Shown here piece after piece: positions 18,588-27,622 of a stretch of DNA of 50,274 nt. Origin of the DNA: an uncultured Opitutales bacterium (GTDB lineage: Bacteria > Verrucomicrobiota > Verrucomicrobiia > Opitutales > Oceanipulchritudinaceae). The stretch lies in the NCBI GenBank assembly GCA_913056355.1, contig CAJXMX010000001.1, forward strand, positions 1 to 50,274, given 5' to 3'. Below the pieces are notes generated by a model. It was not told the DNA's origin. It saw only the letters and a program-made list of their open reading frames with translations, and ran no database searches. Made by a program: the position numbers and the translations under genes. Positions within the stretch are counted from its first letter, which is position 1, and every line of letters starts with the position of its first letter.

Positions 18588-20197
18588 AAGCCTTTTCATC
18601 AAACTGTCTCCGGAATTCATTCAAACCGCTGCTGGCCGGCCTGCTGGCTGCTTCCAGCCTGTCGGGGATGCCGGGAGAATTTGCCCCCGGCTGGCCGGTC
18701 CCGGTCGGCGACCTGGTCTTCGCCTCCCCCGCCATCGGTCCCCACGGGGAAGTGGTCATCGCCGCCGAGATCGGCAGCGATCCGGGGCCCTACGACGGCG
18801 CCGTTTATTCCCTGAATCCAGATGGTTCGGTGCGCTGGGTCTTCACAGGGACGACCGACTGGGTGGACAGCTCCCCCACCATCGATGTCGATGGCAGCGT
18901 CTACTTCGGCGGCTGGGACGGGTGGCTCTACGCCCTCGACGGCGACACCGGCGGCCTGAAATGGAAATACGAGATCGGCAACGTCATCACCGCCTCGCCC
19001 GCGATCGGCCCGGACGGGAACCTCTATGTCGGCGCCCATGACGGGATCCTGTACGCCTTCAGTCCCGGTGGCTCCCTTCTCTGGACGTTCGAGGCCGGCC
19101 AGGAACTGGGTCCCATCAGTGCCGGGGCCGTCTTCAACCCGGCCGGCAACCGGCTTTACTTCGGGACCGAGACGGGAGTCCTTTACTGCCTGTCCACCGT
19201 CACCGGCCAGGAGATCTGGAATTTCCCGATTCCACTCAAGTTCCGCAACATCCAGGAAATCCACGCCATCCTTGCCCCCCCGGCCGTCGGCCCGGATGGA
19301 ACCGTCTACTTCACCTGTGAAAACGGAATGGTTTTCGGGGTCCCGCCGGATGGATCCCGGCTCAACTATACATACTTCTCCATCAATCCGGATCCCCAGA
19401 ATCCGGTCGAAAGCCTGCGTTCGAGCCCGATCATCGACGCCTACGACATTGTTTATGTGGTCGGCCAGGACGGGTACCTGATGGCTCTTGGCACGGACAG
19501 CCAACTCAGCCTGATGGTCCAGTTATGGGAAATTGATGTCGGCGATGTCTTCTACTGCAGCCCCGCCATGGACGAGGGCCGCAAGATCATCATCGCCGGA
19601 TATGCCGGCAGCGGCACCACCGGGGCCGCCACCGACTTCACCTGCGTCAATATCGCCACCCAGGAGATACTCTGGGAGCAGCGAGTAGCCGGGTTGAACG
19701 ACTCCTCCCCCAACATCGCCCCGGATGGCAGCATCTATATCGGCGCCCACGACGGCAGGCTGTACAAACTGGAGGGGGATTCCGAAATGGCCTCCACCGG
19801 CTGGCCCCGCCGCCAGGGCAACCGGCGGCAGACCGGCTGGGCGGGCGACCTAAGCTACATGGAGATGGTCGATTACTTCCCGGAGACCACCCAATGGGAG
19901 GAAGGCTGGATCGATGTTCCCTGGTTCGGCTGGATCACCGATGTCGGGCTTCCCTGGATCAGCCACCCCGACCACGGACTCATCTACCTTGAGAAATCCG
20001 GCTCCGGCAGCATCGAGTTTTACGATCCCCGTCTTGGGGAATGGGTGGCGGCCATGGAGGGCTACCCTAATTTCCTCTACCTCCTGGAATCCGGTGCCTG
20101 GCTCTACCACAAGCCCGGAAGCAGTGTTTTTTCCGGCCGCTGGTTCTACGATTATACCCTCCAGGCCTGGCTGGAGGAGAGCAGCCTGCTCCATTAG
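18584..20197 (+). CDS. Exported PQQ-like beta-propeller repeat protein with a Trp-rich C-terminal domain
   Basis: Repeated SSP.I..DG..Y.G..DG.LYA...G...W units; C-terminal WFGW/PWISH/GWLY-type segment; ATGA overlap with the kinase. Confidence 0.85.
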   Translation: MKAFSSNCLRNSFKPLLAGLLAASSLSGMPGEFAPGWPVPVGDLVFASPAIGPHGEVVIAAEIGSDPGPYDGAVYSLNPDGSVRWVFTGTTDWVDSSPTIDVDGSVYFGGWDGWLYALDGDTGGLKWKYEIGNVITASPAIGPDGNLYVGAHDGILYAFSPGGSLLWTFEAGQELGPISAGAVFNPAGNRLYFGTETGVLYCLSTVTGQEIWNFPIPLKFRNIQEIHAILAPPAVGPDGTVYFTCENGMVFGVPPDGSRLNYTYFSINPDPQNPVESLRSSPIIDAYDIVYVVGQDGYLMALGTDSQLSLMVQLWEIDVGDVFYCSPAMDEGRKIIIAGYAGSGTTGAATDFTCVNIATQEILWEQRVAGLNDSSPNIAPDGSIYIGAHDGRLYKLEGDSEMASTGWPRRQGNRRQTGWAGDLSYMEMVDYFPETTQWEEGWIDVPWFGWITDVGLPWISHPDHGLIYLEKSGSGSIEFYDPRLGEWVAAMEGYPNFLYLLESGAWLYHKPGSSVFSGRWFYDYTLQAWLEESSLLH

Positions 20198-20532
20198 GCT
20201 GTCCCGGGATTGGGACGGAAGGCGTCCGGTTTCGCGACAGATATTCCCCGGGCCGCCCCTGCAGGATTGGCGCAAAGGGCCAATGAACGCCTTATCCGGA
20301 TGAATGCCAATCACTTGCATAAGTCCGGAGCGATCTGGCACAAACCCTGTTGCTAAAGGAGACATCGATGGAGGGAAAAACGATGAAATCCTTGTTACGC
20401 CAACCTGAATGTCCACGCCGGCATGGCTACCGGTGGCTGCCCTGTTTTGCCAAGGTTCCAATCGTATACAGTCGACTGATTTCCGTATCCTGAGTAGCAC
20501 TCGAGAAACGGATCTAGTAACAAGCCTGGACC

Positions 20533-20560
20533 GGCCCCTCTCCGCCCAAGGAGAGGGGCC
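20533..20560. terminator. Strong GC hairpin, possible terminator
   Basis: GGCCCCTCTCC-GCCCAA-GGAGAGGGGCC, an 11-bp perfect stem with only a weak U-tract. Confidence 0.5.
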
Positions 20561-20631
20561 ATCTTGTCTCCGGTACAAAATCTTGCCCCGCGGGGAGAAA
20601 CTCACTCAAGATCGGGTTCCTTTCAGCGAAC

Positions 20632-21510
20632 ATGCGTTACCTGATCCTTGTATTCGGCGTCTTCTGTTGCGCCACTTCCGTGATCTTCATCAAGATCGGC
20701 AGCACCGATCCGGTGGCCCTCTCCTCCTACCGGCTGCTCCTGGGAGGCTTGTTCCTGTCCCCGCTCTTCCTCCTGGCCTGGCCGGAAAGGGGCAACCTGA
20801 CCGCAGGCCAATTGTTCCGAAGGATCGTTCCCCCGGCCTTTTTTCTCGGCATCCACTTTATCAGCTGGATCATGGGAGCCCGCCTGACCCCTTCCGCCAA
20901 TGCCTCCCTGCTGGTCAACATGGTTCCCGTGGTCATGCCGGTCCTGCTGCTGCTGGTGGTGCAGGAACGGATCAACCGGGCCGAGGCCGCCGGGACGGTG
21001 GCGGCCATGGCCGGGGTCTTCCTGCTCGGGGCCGGCGACTTCAACCTCAGCCGCGAGTATGCGCTGGGGGACCTGGTCTGCTTCCTTTCCATGCTCTTTT
21101 ATGCCTTCTACCTGATCTTCGCCCGCAAGAACAAGGACCTCGCCTCGATCTACCTCTATGTGGTTCCGGTGTACCTGCTGGCCGGCCTCTTCTGTCTCTC
21201 CATTTCCGGCCTCCTGCAGCTGGCGGGGCGCGACGTTGTCTGGCTGGGCCCGGATCACCGCATGGAGTGGATCTCCATTCTCGGCCTGGCCCTGATTCCC
21301 ACGGTCTTCGGCCACAGCATCATCAACTGGGCCCTGCGCAGTATCCGCGGACAGGCGGTGGTCATTATCAACCTGGCCCAGTTTATTTTCGCCGGCCTCA
21401 TGGGTTTCCTGCTGCTTGATGAAGTGCCGCATCTCATTTTCTACATCTCCTCGATGATGGTCGTCCTGGGGGCGGTCATTGTCATCCGCCAGCAACGGAG
21501 ACCGGTATGA
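20632..21510 (+). CDS. DMT/EamA family transporter
   Basis: About 10 TM helices in two repeats; GIHFISW, GDL and PTVFGHSIINWAL. Confidence 0.88.
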   Translation: MRYLILVFGVFCCATSVIFIKIGSTDPVALSSYRLLLGGLFLSPLFLLAWPERGNLTAGQLFRRIVPPAFFLGIHFISWIMGARLTPSANASLLVNMVPVVMPVLLLLVVQERINRAEAAGTVAAMAGVFLLGAGDFNLSREYALGDLVCFLSMLFYAFYLIFARKNKDLASIYLYVVPVYLLAGLFCLSISGLLQLAGRDVVWLGPDHRMEWISILGLALIPTVFGHSIINWALRSIRGQAVVIINLAQFIFAGLMGFLLLDEVPHLIFYISSMMVVLGAVIVIRQQRRPV

Positions 21511-22691
21511 AGAAGAAAGCCTTTCTCCAGGCCCTGATCCTGTTCCTCCTGCTGATCCTCTCCTGGGTGCTCCTGGTCCGGCGGTTCGAGAAAACCGAAG
21601 AGCCGGCCCCTCCGCCGGTCGCGGAACAGGTGCCCGCCCCGGAACCGGAACCGGTGGATCGGGAAGCGGCCGTTCCGCCACCGGTGGCGGAGCTCAGCCC
21701 GGAGGCGAAAATCCCGCCGGATTGGACCGAGTGGATGGAGTTTCTCGCCGCGGGGGATCCGGGCCCCGAGCGGATGCGCCGCATCCGGGACCTTCGCCAG
21801 ACGCTCTTCTCCATGCCTGCCGATGAAGCGGTGGCCAGCATCATGGAACTCCTGCGGAGCGGCTATGACCTGCCCAGCGGGGGCCTTTTTGCCTCCGGCG
21901 AGGGCGGCCGCCTGGCCGACGCGGGCTCCCTCCGGGAACATCTCCTGGACTGGCTGGGGCAACTGGACCCGGCCACCGCCGCGGCCTATTCCATGACCGA
22001 GATCAGCAGCCGCGGCACCGCCATGCCGGCCGGGGACTATGTCCTCCACTTGCGCAATTTTGCCTGGGGATACCCCGGGGACGAATCCACCCGCGTGGCT
22101 TTCCTGGAAAACGGATTCCAGGCCCTCCTGGGCAACCCGGAATGGATGGCCCGGCCGGGACCGGCCGTCGCCGAAGCCATGGACATTGCCGTCTACCTCG
22201 GGGACAGCGGCCTGGTTCCCTCCCTGGCGGGCCTCCGGGGGCCAGGCCGGCCGGAAGTCCTTCAGCACGCCGGCGATCTGGCCCTTGAGCGCCTTGTGGA
22301 GGAAGATCCCCTTCCGGCCGTAAGGGCACTGCTCGGGTCGCCGGAAGGCCGCGCCCTGTCAGACCGCGCCCGTGCCGGTTACGTGGCCCGTCTGGATCCT
22401 GTCGACGAGGCCAGCCGGTCCCTTTTGAGCGACTACCTTGCCGATCCGGGCACCTCCGCGGCCGAGGTCTCGGACTTTCTGGCTTACTTTCCCAACCTCA
22501 ACCGCTCCCTTTCCTACAACCTGCTCAGTCGCGGAATTTCCGATACACCGCCTGCGGATACCCCCGGCCGCCTGCGGCGCGCCCTCCGGGCGGTTGAAGC
22601 CTGGCAGGCCGATCCGGCCCTGCAGCAGTACCGCCGGGAGCTGGAATCGGCCCGCCAGCGGCTCCTGCAGCAGCTCGCCGGGGAGGAGTAA
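21507..22691 (+). CDS. Hypothetical membrane-anchored protein with Pro-rich linker and helical domain
   Basis: N-terminal TM, EEPAPPPVAEQVPAPEPEP linker, ATGA overlap with the DMT gene. Confidence 0.65.
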   Translation: MKKKAFLQALILFLLLILSWVLLVRRFEKTEEPAPPPVAEQVPAPEPEPVDREAAVPPPVAELSPEAKIPPDWTEWMEFLAAGDPGPERMRRIRDLRQTLFSMPADEAVASIMELLRSGYDLPSGGLFASGEGGRLADAGSLREHLLDWLGQLDPATAAAYSMTEISSRGTAMPAGDYVLHLRNFAWGYPGDESTRVAFLENGFQALLGNPEWMARPGPAVAEAMDIAVYLGDSGLVPSLAGLRGPGRPEVLQHAGDLALERLVEEDPLPAVRALLGSPEGRALSDRARAGYVARLDPVDEASRSLLSDYLADPGTSAAEVSDFLAYFPNLNRSLSYNLLSRGISDTPPADTPGRLRRALRAVEAWQADPALQQYRRELESARQRLLQQLAGEE

Positions 22692-22747
22692 TCCTGCTCT
22701 AAAATTGGCATTGTCAAGGAAAGCTGTTACCCTTTAATCCAGTATTC

Positions 22748-24109
22748 ATGCGGCTTGACCGATACATCGCAAAATCCCGGATCATAGAGATAGAGTCCAC
22801 CGAACTGATGGGCGCGATCATGGAGTTGCTGGAAGTATCGACGGCAAGGCTACAGGAAGACCTCAATATCAAGCGCATCGCCAACCAGCTCATCGCCAGG
22901 GAGAAGACCATGACCACCTACCTCGGCAACGGGGTGGCCATGCCCCATATCCGGGTCAAGATGAAGCGCCCCTACATCTTCGCCATCGGCCGGGTCAAGG
23001 ACGGCATCAATTTCGAGGGCCTGCACGAGTACGCCCAGGTCCGGCTGATCTTTCTCCTGCTGGCCTCCGAGAACGAGAAGAACTACCTCAACGTCCTGGC
23101 CTCGCTGGCGCGGCTCTTCCGCGACCGCGACCTGGTCGAGAACATGGTCGCCGCCCCCGATGCGGAAGCTTTCGCGGAGCGCGTCTTCCTTGGCTTCGGC
23201 GGCCTGCTGGCCAAGCCCGAGCGCCGGCAGACCCGGTTCAACCGGCTCCTCCTGAAGGAATCGGAGAAGGTCGCCAAGGAGGCCAAGTGCGCGGCCATCC
23301 TGCTCTTCGGGGACACCTTCGCCGGGGGCATCGAGGGCGCCCGCGGGATGCCCAATTTCCGCACCATCCTGGTTACCCGGGCGGCCGCCGACCGCAGCCC
23401 CGAGGGCACCCAGATCGAGTCCTCCATCGAGGTCCGCTCCTTTTCCAGCCAGCGCCTCTCGCAGGCCCGCAGCGCCATCCTGATCGGCCTCACCCGCGGC
23501 ATCTTCAAGCACAACGACCGGCTCCTCTGCGTCGGCGGCATTCCCTCCAGCAACCAGCTGGACACCCTCATGGTGGTCGACATCGAACGCGAGTTCCACA
23601 GCGTCATCGACCGGGAAAACGACCTGTTGCCGCCCTCGGTCAAGATCGAGGTCCTGGAGCGCATGATCGCCATCGCCACCGAGCTCTCCGTCGAGGGCCG
23701 GGAAGGCAAGCCGGTGGGGACCCTTTTCGTGATCGGCGACTCCGACCGGGTCAACAACATGGTCAAGCCGCTGGTCCTGAATCCCTTCTACGGGTACCGG
23801 ATGGAGGACCGCAATGTCCTCAACCCGTTCATGGACGAGACCATCAAGGAATACTCGGTCATCGACGGCGGCTTTGTCATCCGCGGGGACGGTGTCATCG
23901 AGTCCGCGGGCTCCCTGATCCATGCCCCGGCCGAATTCTACGACAACCTGCCGTCCGGCTTCGGGACCCGGCACAGCGCGGCCGCGGCCATTACCAAGGC
24001 GGCCGACTGCATCTCGATCTGCGTCTCGGCCTCCAGCGGCCAGGTCACCCTCTTCCGCAAGGGCGTCATGTTCCCCTTGCTGGAAAAGCCCATCGGGACC
24101 AGCACTTAG
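22748..24109 (+). CDS. PTS EIIA domain fused to a diadenylate cyclase (DisA_N/DAC) domain
   Basis: N-terminal RE...TT.LGNGVAMPH EIIA motif; C-terminal EGREGKPVGTLFVIGD, IDGGFVI, GFGTRHSAAA and VSASSG. Confidence 0.88.
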   Translation: MRLDRYIAKSRIIEIESTELMGAIMELLEVSTARLQEDLNIKRIANQLIAREKTMTTYLGNGVAMPHIRVKMKRPYIFAIGRVKDGINFEGLHEYAQVRLIFLLLASENEKNYLNVLASLARLFRDRDLVENMVAAPDAEAFAERVFLGFGGLLAKPERRQTRFNRLLLKESEKVAKEAKCAAILLFGDTFAGGIEGARGMPNFRTILVTRAAADRSPEGTQIESSIEVRSFSSQRLSQARSAILIGLTRGIFKHNDRLLCVGGIPSSNQLDTLMVVDIEREFHSVIDRENDLLPPSVKIEVLERMIAIATELSVEGREGKPVGTLFVIGDSDRVNNMVKPLVLNPFYGYRMEDRNVLNPFMDETIKEYSVIDGGFVIRGDGVIESAGSLIHAPAEFYDNLPSGFGTRHSAAAAITKAADCISICVSASSGQVTLFRKGVMFPLLEKPIGTST

Positions 24110-24130
24110 GAAATCTCAAGCTCTAGCTCT

Positions 24131-24160
24131 AGCTTAATCCCTATCCCCTTGGATTAAGCT
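24131..24160. terminator. Inverted repeat between convergent genes
   Basis: AGCTTAATCC-N10-GGATTAAGCT between the stop codons of the DAC gene and uvrC. Confidence 0.5.
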
Positions 24161-24165
24161 TGCGA

Positions 24166-25650
24166 TCAAGCCTGAGCTTGAGAGTTGTCCAGGAATTCCC
24201 GCAGGCCCCTGGCCAGCTTGGGCCCGATACCCTCCACGGCCTGCAACTCCTCGACCGAGGCCTTGCGCATCCTTTCCAGGGATCCGAAGTGGTCCAGCAG
24301 GGCCTTCCGCTTGGACGGCCCGAGCCCGCTGTAGTCGTCGAGGATGGTCTCGCGGAGCTTCCGGCGCCGCAGCTCGGCGTTGTAGGCATTGGCGTGACGG
24401 TGCGCCTCGTCGCGGATAAACTGCAGGAGCAGGCGGCCGCGGTGGTTGCCGGGCAGATTCAGCGCCGGCCGACCGTCCGAGAAAATGATCGTCTCGCGCT
24501 TCTTGGCCAGGCCGATCAGCTGGGGCGGCTCCAGCTCATTTTCCAGGAAGGCCCTTAACGCGGCACCCACCTGGCCGGCCCCGCCGTCAATGACAATCAG
24601 GTCCGGGAACGGCTTTCCCTCCCGCTGCAGGCGTGCATAACGGCGACCGACAACCTCGCACATGGCCCGGAAATCATCGTTTCCGATGAAGCTCTTGATC
24701 TGGTAGCGCCGGTAGTTCCGGCGGTCCGGGCGCCCGTCCTGGAAATGGACCATGGAAGCGACGCAGAAGCTGCCGGAAATATGGGAGATATCGAAGCACT
24801 CCATGGTTCGCGGCGGCTGGTCCAGCCCGAGGGCCTCCTGCAGCTCCCGAAGGCTCTCCTCGCGGTCGCCCGGAACCAGGCTGGCATGGGTGAACTTGCG
24901 GGTCCGCTCGGTCGTCCGGCGCAGGGCCTGGATCACGTCCCGCAGCTCGGCGGCGCGCTCGTAGTCCCGGTTTTCGGCGGCCTTGTGCATGAGGATTTCC
25001 AGTTCCTCCAGCCATTCACGGGACTTGCCCTCCAGGAAGGCGCAGGCCGCCTCCGCGCGCGCACGATACTCCGCCGCGGTGACAAAATTGGGATGCCCGT
25101 AGATCTCTGCCCGGACATCATCGTAGAGCTGCCAGGTTCCATCCGCCTGCTGTTGCGGATTTCCGTCCCCGAGAAGAATCCCGAACTTCAGGCGCATCTC
25201 CTGGAGGGTCCTCCGCAGCAGCCCGCTGTGGGCAAAGGGACCGAAATAGAGGGAGTGGTCGTCCGAACGGAACCGCACCAGCCGGAAGCGCGGCAGGGCG
25301 CTGTTGAGATCCACCCGGACATGCAGGAAGCGCTTGTCGTCGACAAAGTCGGTATTGTACTTGGGCTTCCACTCCTTGATCAGCCGGCCCTCCAGGAGCA
25401 GGGCCTCGCTCTCTGAATGAACCTCGAGAATCTCGAAGTCGTACACCAGGTCCAGCATCGCCGCCACCTTGGGCTGCTCGACCCGCATCCGCCGGGAGGG
25501 TTGAAAATAAGATGATACCCGGCGTTTGAGATTTTTCGCTTTTCCGACATATAGGACACTGCCAAAGCGGTCCTTCATCAGGTAGACCCCGGGCCCCTCC
25601 GGAAGATGACGGATCTTTTCCTTTAGTTTACTTTGCTCGGGATTTGGCAT
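24166..25650 (-). CDS. uvrC: Excinuclease ABC subunit C (compact form)
   Basis: GIY-YIG PGVYLM..YVGKAKNL, UVR motif YERAAELRD, ECFDISH, DLIVIDGG.GQ, RDEAHR and HhH GIGPKLA. Confidence 0.95.
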   Translation of the reverse strand: MPNPEQSKLKEKIRHLPEGPGVYLMKDRFGSVLYVGKAKNLKRRVSSYFQPSRRMRVEQPKVAAMLDLVYDFEILEVHSESEALLLEGRLIKEWKPKYNTDFVDDKRFLHVRVDLNSALPRFRLVRFRSDDHSLYFGPFAHSGLLRRTLQEMRLKFGILLGDGNPQQQADGTWQLYDDVRAEIYGHPNFVTAAEYRARAEAACAFLEGKSREWLEELEILMHKAAENRDYERAAELRDVIQALRRTTERTRKFTHASLVPGDREESLRELQEALGLDQPPRTMECFDISHISGSFCVASMVHFQDGRPDRRNYRRYQIKSFIGNDDFRAMCEVVGRRYARLQREGKPFPDLIVIDGGAGQVGAALRAFLENELEPPQLIGLAKKRETIIFSDGRPALNLPGNHRGRLLLQFIRDEAHRHANAYNAELRRRKLRETILDDYSGLGPSKRKALLDHFGSLERMRKASVEELQAVEGIGPKLARGLREFLDNSQAQA

Positions 25651-25738
25651 CCTCAATTAAACCCATTATATTGGAATCAACCGTAACGATGCATACCAAA
25701 CCACAGAGGACAAGCCGGCCACGGCAGCTTTTTGGACA

Positions 25739-27016
25739 ATGAAGGTCATCCGCAAAGTCGAGCTTCTGGCCATCGGGGACGAGCTCCTGAACGGGCAGCG
25801 GGCCAACAGCCACCTCCTGTATTTCGGGGAAAAGCTGCAGGAGATCGGCCTCGGTCTGCAGCGTTGCACGGAGCTCCGGGACGAGCCCGCGGAGATCGTG
25901 GAAGGCCTGAAACGGGCCATCGACGGCTCCGACCTGATCCTCGTCACCGGCGGCCTGGGCCCCACCACGGACGATTACACGGTGGGCTGTGTGGCCAGCG
26001 CCCTGGAGCGCCCGGTCCGGCGGAACCCGGAGGTCGAGGCCGCCATCCGGGCCTTCTTCAAGGAACGTGGAAAGGAACCGACCGAAAACAATTTCAAGCA
26101 GTGCGACATCGTGGACGGGGCGGAAGTCCTCCCCAATCCGAACGGCACCGCCCCCGGCCAGTGGATCGAGCTGAACGACCAGGTCATCGTCCTCCTGCCG
26201 GGACCGCCCCTGGAAATGAAACCCATGTTCGAGGACCAGGTCCTGCCCCGGCTGGTGGACAAGGGCTGGGCCCTCTCGCCGGTCAACTCGGTCCAGATCC
26301 GCACCATGGGCATCGGCGAAAGCAAGGTCGCCGAGATGCTGGCCCCCCTCCTGAAGGGATCCGGGAGCAAGCTGCGGGTCGCCTACTGCGCCCACCTGGG
26401 TTATGTCGATGTCCGTTTGTCGCCGGTCGAGGGCGGCTGGGATGAGGCCCGCATCCGGACCATGGGTGAAGCCTGCCGGGAACGGCTCGGGGAGGGATTC
26501 CTGGGTTACGGCACTCCCGAAGTCGCGGCCGTCATCCTGCAGCACCTGCGCGGTCTGAACAAGTCACTGGCCGTGGCCGAAAGCTGCACCGGAGGTCTCC
26601 TGGCCAGCCGCTTCACGGATGTTCCCGGAGCCTCCAAGATTTTCATGGGCGGGGTTGTCTGCTACCGCAACCAGGTCAAGGAGAACCTGCTCGGGGTACC
26701 GGACTGCATTCTCGAACAGCATGGCGCCGTCAGCGCCGAATGCGCGGTGGCCATGGCTACCGCCGTGGCCGAGCTCTTGGAATCGGACTACGCCCTCTCC
26801 ATTACCGGTTACGCCGGTCCCGAGGGCGGCAACGAGCCGGCCGGAACCATTTACCTCGGATACCACTCCCCGGTCGGGGTCTGGTCCCGCAAGGTGGTCC
26901 TCCCCGGCAACCGCACCGCGGTCAGGGAACGCGCCGTCATGACGGCCCTCGACTTCATCCGGCGCAAGCTGGAGAAGTACAAGATCTACGACCTGCTGGA
27001 GAGCCTCAAGTGCTGA
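25739..27016 (+). CDS. cinA: CinA family protein (MoCF-like domain plus NMN deamidase PncC)
   Basis: IGDELLNG, GGLGPTTDD, GTAPG, LPGPP.EM, AESCTGG, GAVS and ITGYAGP. Confidence 0.93.
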   Translation: MKVIRKVELLAIGDELLNGQRANSHLLYFGEKLQEIGLGLQRCTELRDEPAEIVEGLKRAIDGSDLILVTGGLGPTTDDYTVGCVASALERPVRRNPEVEAAIRAFFKERGKEPTENNFKQCDIVDGAEVLPNPNGTAPGQWIELNDQVIVLLPGPPLEMKPMFEDQVLPRLVDKGWALSPVNSVQIRTMGIGESKVAEMLAPLLKGSGSKLRVAYCAHLGYVDVRLSPVEGGWDEARIRTMGEACRERLGEGFLGYGTPEVAAVILQHLRGLNKSLAVAESCTGGLLASRFTDVPGASKIFMGGVVCYRNQVKENLLGVPDCILEQHGAVSAECAVAMATAVAELLESDYALSITGYAGPEGGNEPAGTIYLGYHSPVGVWSRKVVLPGNRTAVRERAVMTALDFIRRKLEKYKIYDLLESLKC

Positions 27017-27022
27017 GCGGCT

Positions 27023-27535
27023 TCAGGGGGCCTCGAAATTAACCAGCTTGTCCTTGTAGAAGCGGACCTTGGCGGTCACGCGTTCGCCGGTTGACGGCCG
27101 CCGGCCCTTGTAGGTGAAGACCGTATCGACCCATCGTTTCAGGGAGGGATCGGTCAGCGTCGGCTCCCCGAGGATGGCGATGACACCATCCTGGCTCATG
27201 CCTTCCTCCAGTTGGAGCCAGAGCCCCTCCTCCATCCATGGGAAATAAAGGGATTCCTCGCGGGTGTGAATGGCGTCGACGACCCGGTCCACCAGGCTCT
27301 CGCCGGCGGGTTCCGGCCTTTCCGCCTGTGCCGATTCCGCCACTACAACGGCTTCCGCCGCCGCGCCGACGATCTGGTCCTCGAGGGTTTCCACCCGGTC
27401 CTGAAGCGCTTCCATCGAGGCGTTGAGCCGTTGGAGCTCGGCCAGTATGAGATCCAGTTTTTCATCACCGGAATCCTGGGCCGCGAGCATGCCGGCCGGG
27501 GCCAGCAATGCGGCCAAGCAGTATCGTGCCTTCAT
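27023..27535 (-). CDS. Exported hypothetical protein with coiled coil and SmpA/OmlA-like C-terminus
   Basis: Signal peptide, heptad repeat, and L..GMS...V..ILGEP. Confidence 0.6.
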   Translation of the reverse strand: MKARYCLAALLAPAGMLAAQDSGDEKLDLILAELQRLNASMEALQDRVETLEDQIVGAAAEAVVVAESAQAERPEPAGESLVDRVVDAIHTREESLYFPWMEEGLWLQLEEGMSQDGVIAILGEPTLTDPSLKRWVDTVFTYKGRRPSTGERVTAKVRFYKDKLVNFEAP

Positions 27536-27549
27536 GGGAGTATCATCGT

Positions 27550-27584
27550 ATTGAATAAGGTCCCCCCGCCGCGCGGGGGGACCT
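27550..27584 (-). terminator. Terminator of the porin gene
   Basis: AGGTCCCCCCGC-CGC-GCGGGGGGACCT, a 12-bp stem with an AT-rich tail on the minus strand. Confidence 0.7.
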
Positions 27585-27622
27585 CAGGCTTTTCATATTC
27601 AAACTACAACCAATTTGATCAC

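Noticed and set aside
24117-24136. Short AGCTCT tandem repeats
   Set aside because: Only two to three units, too short for a CRISPR array or a meaningful repeat.
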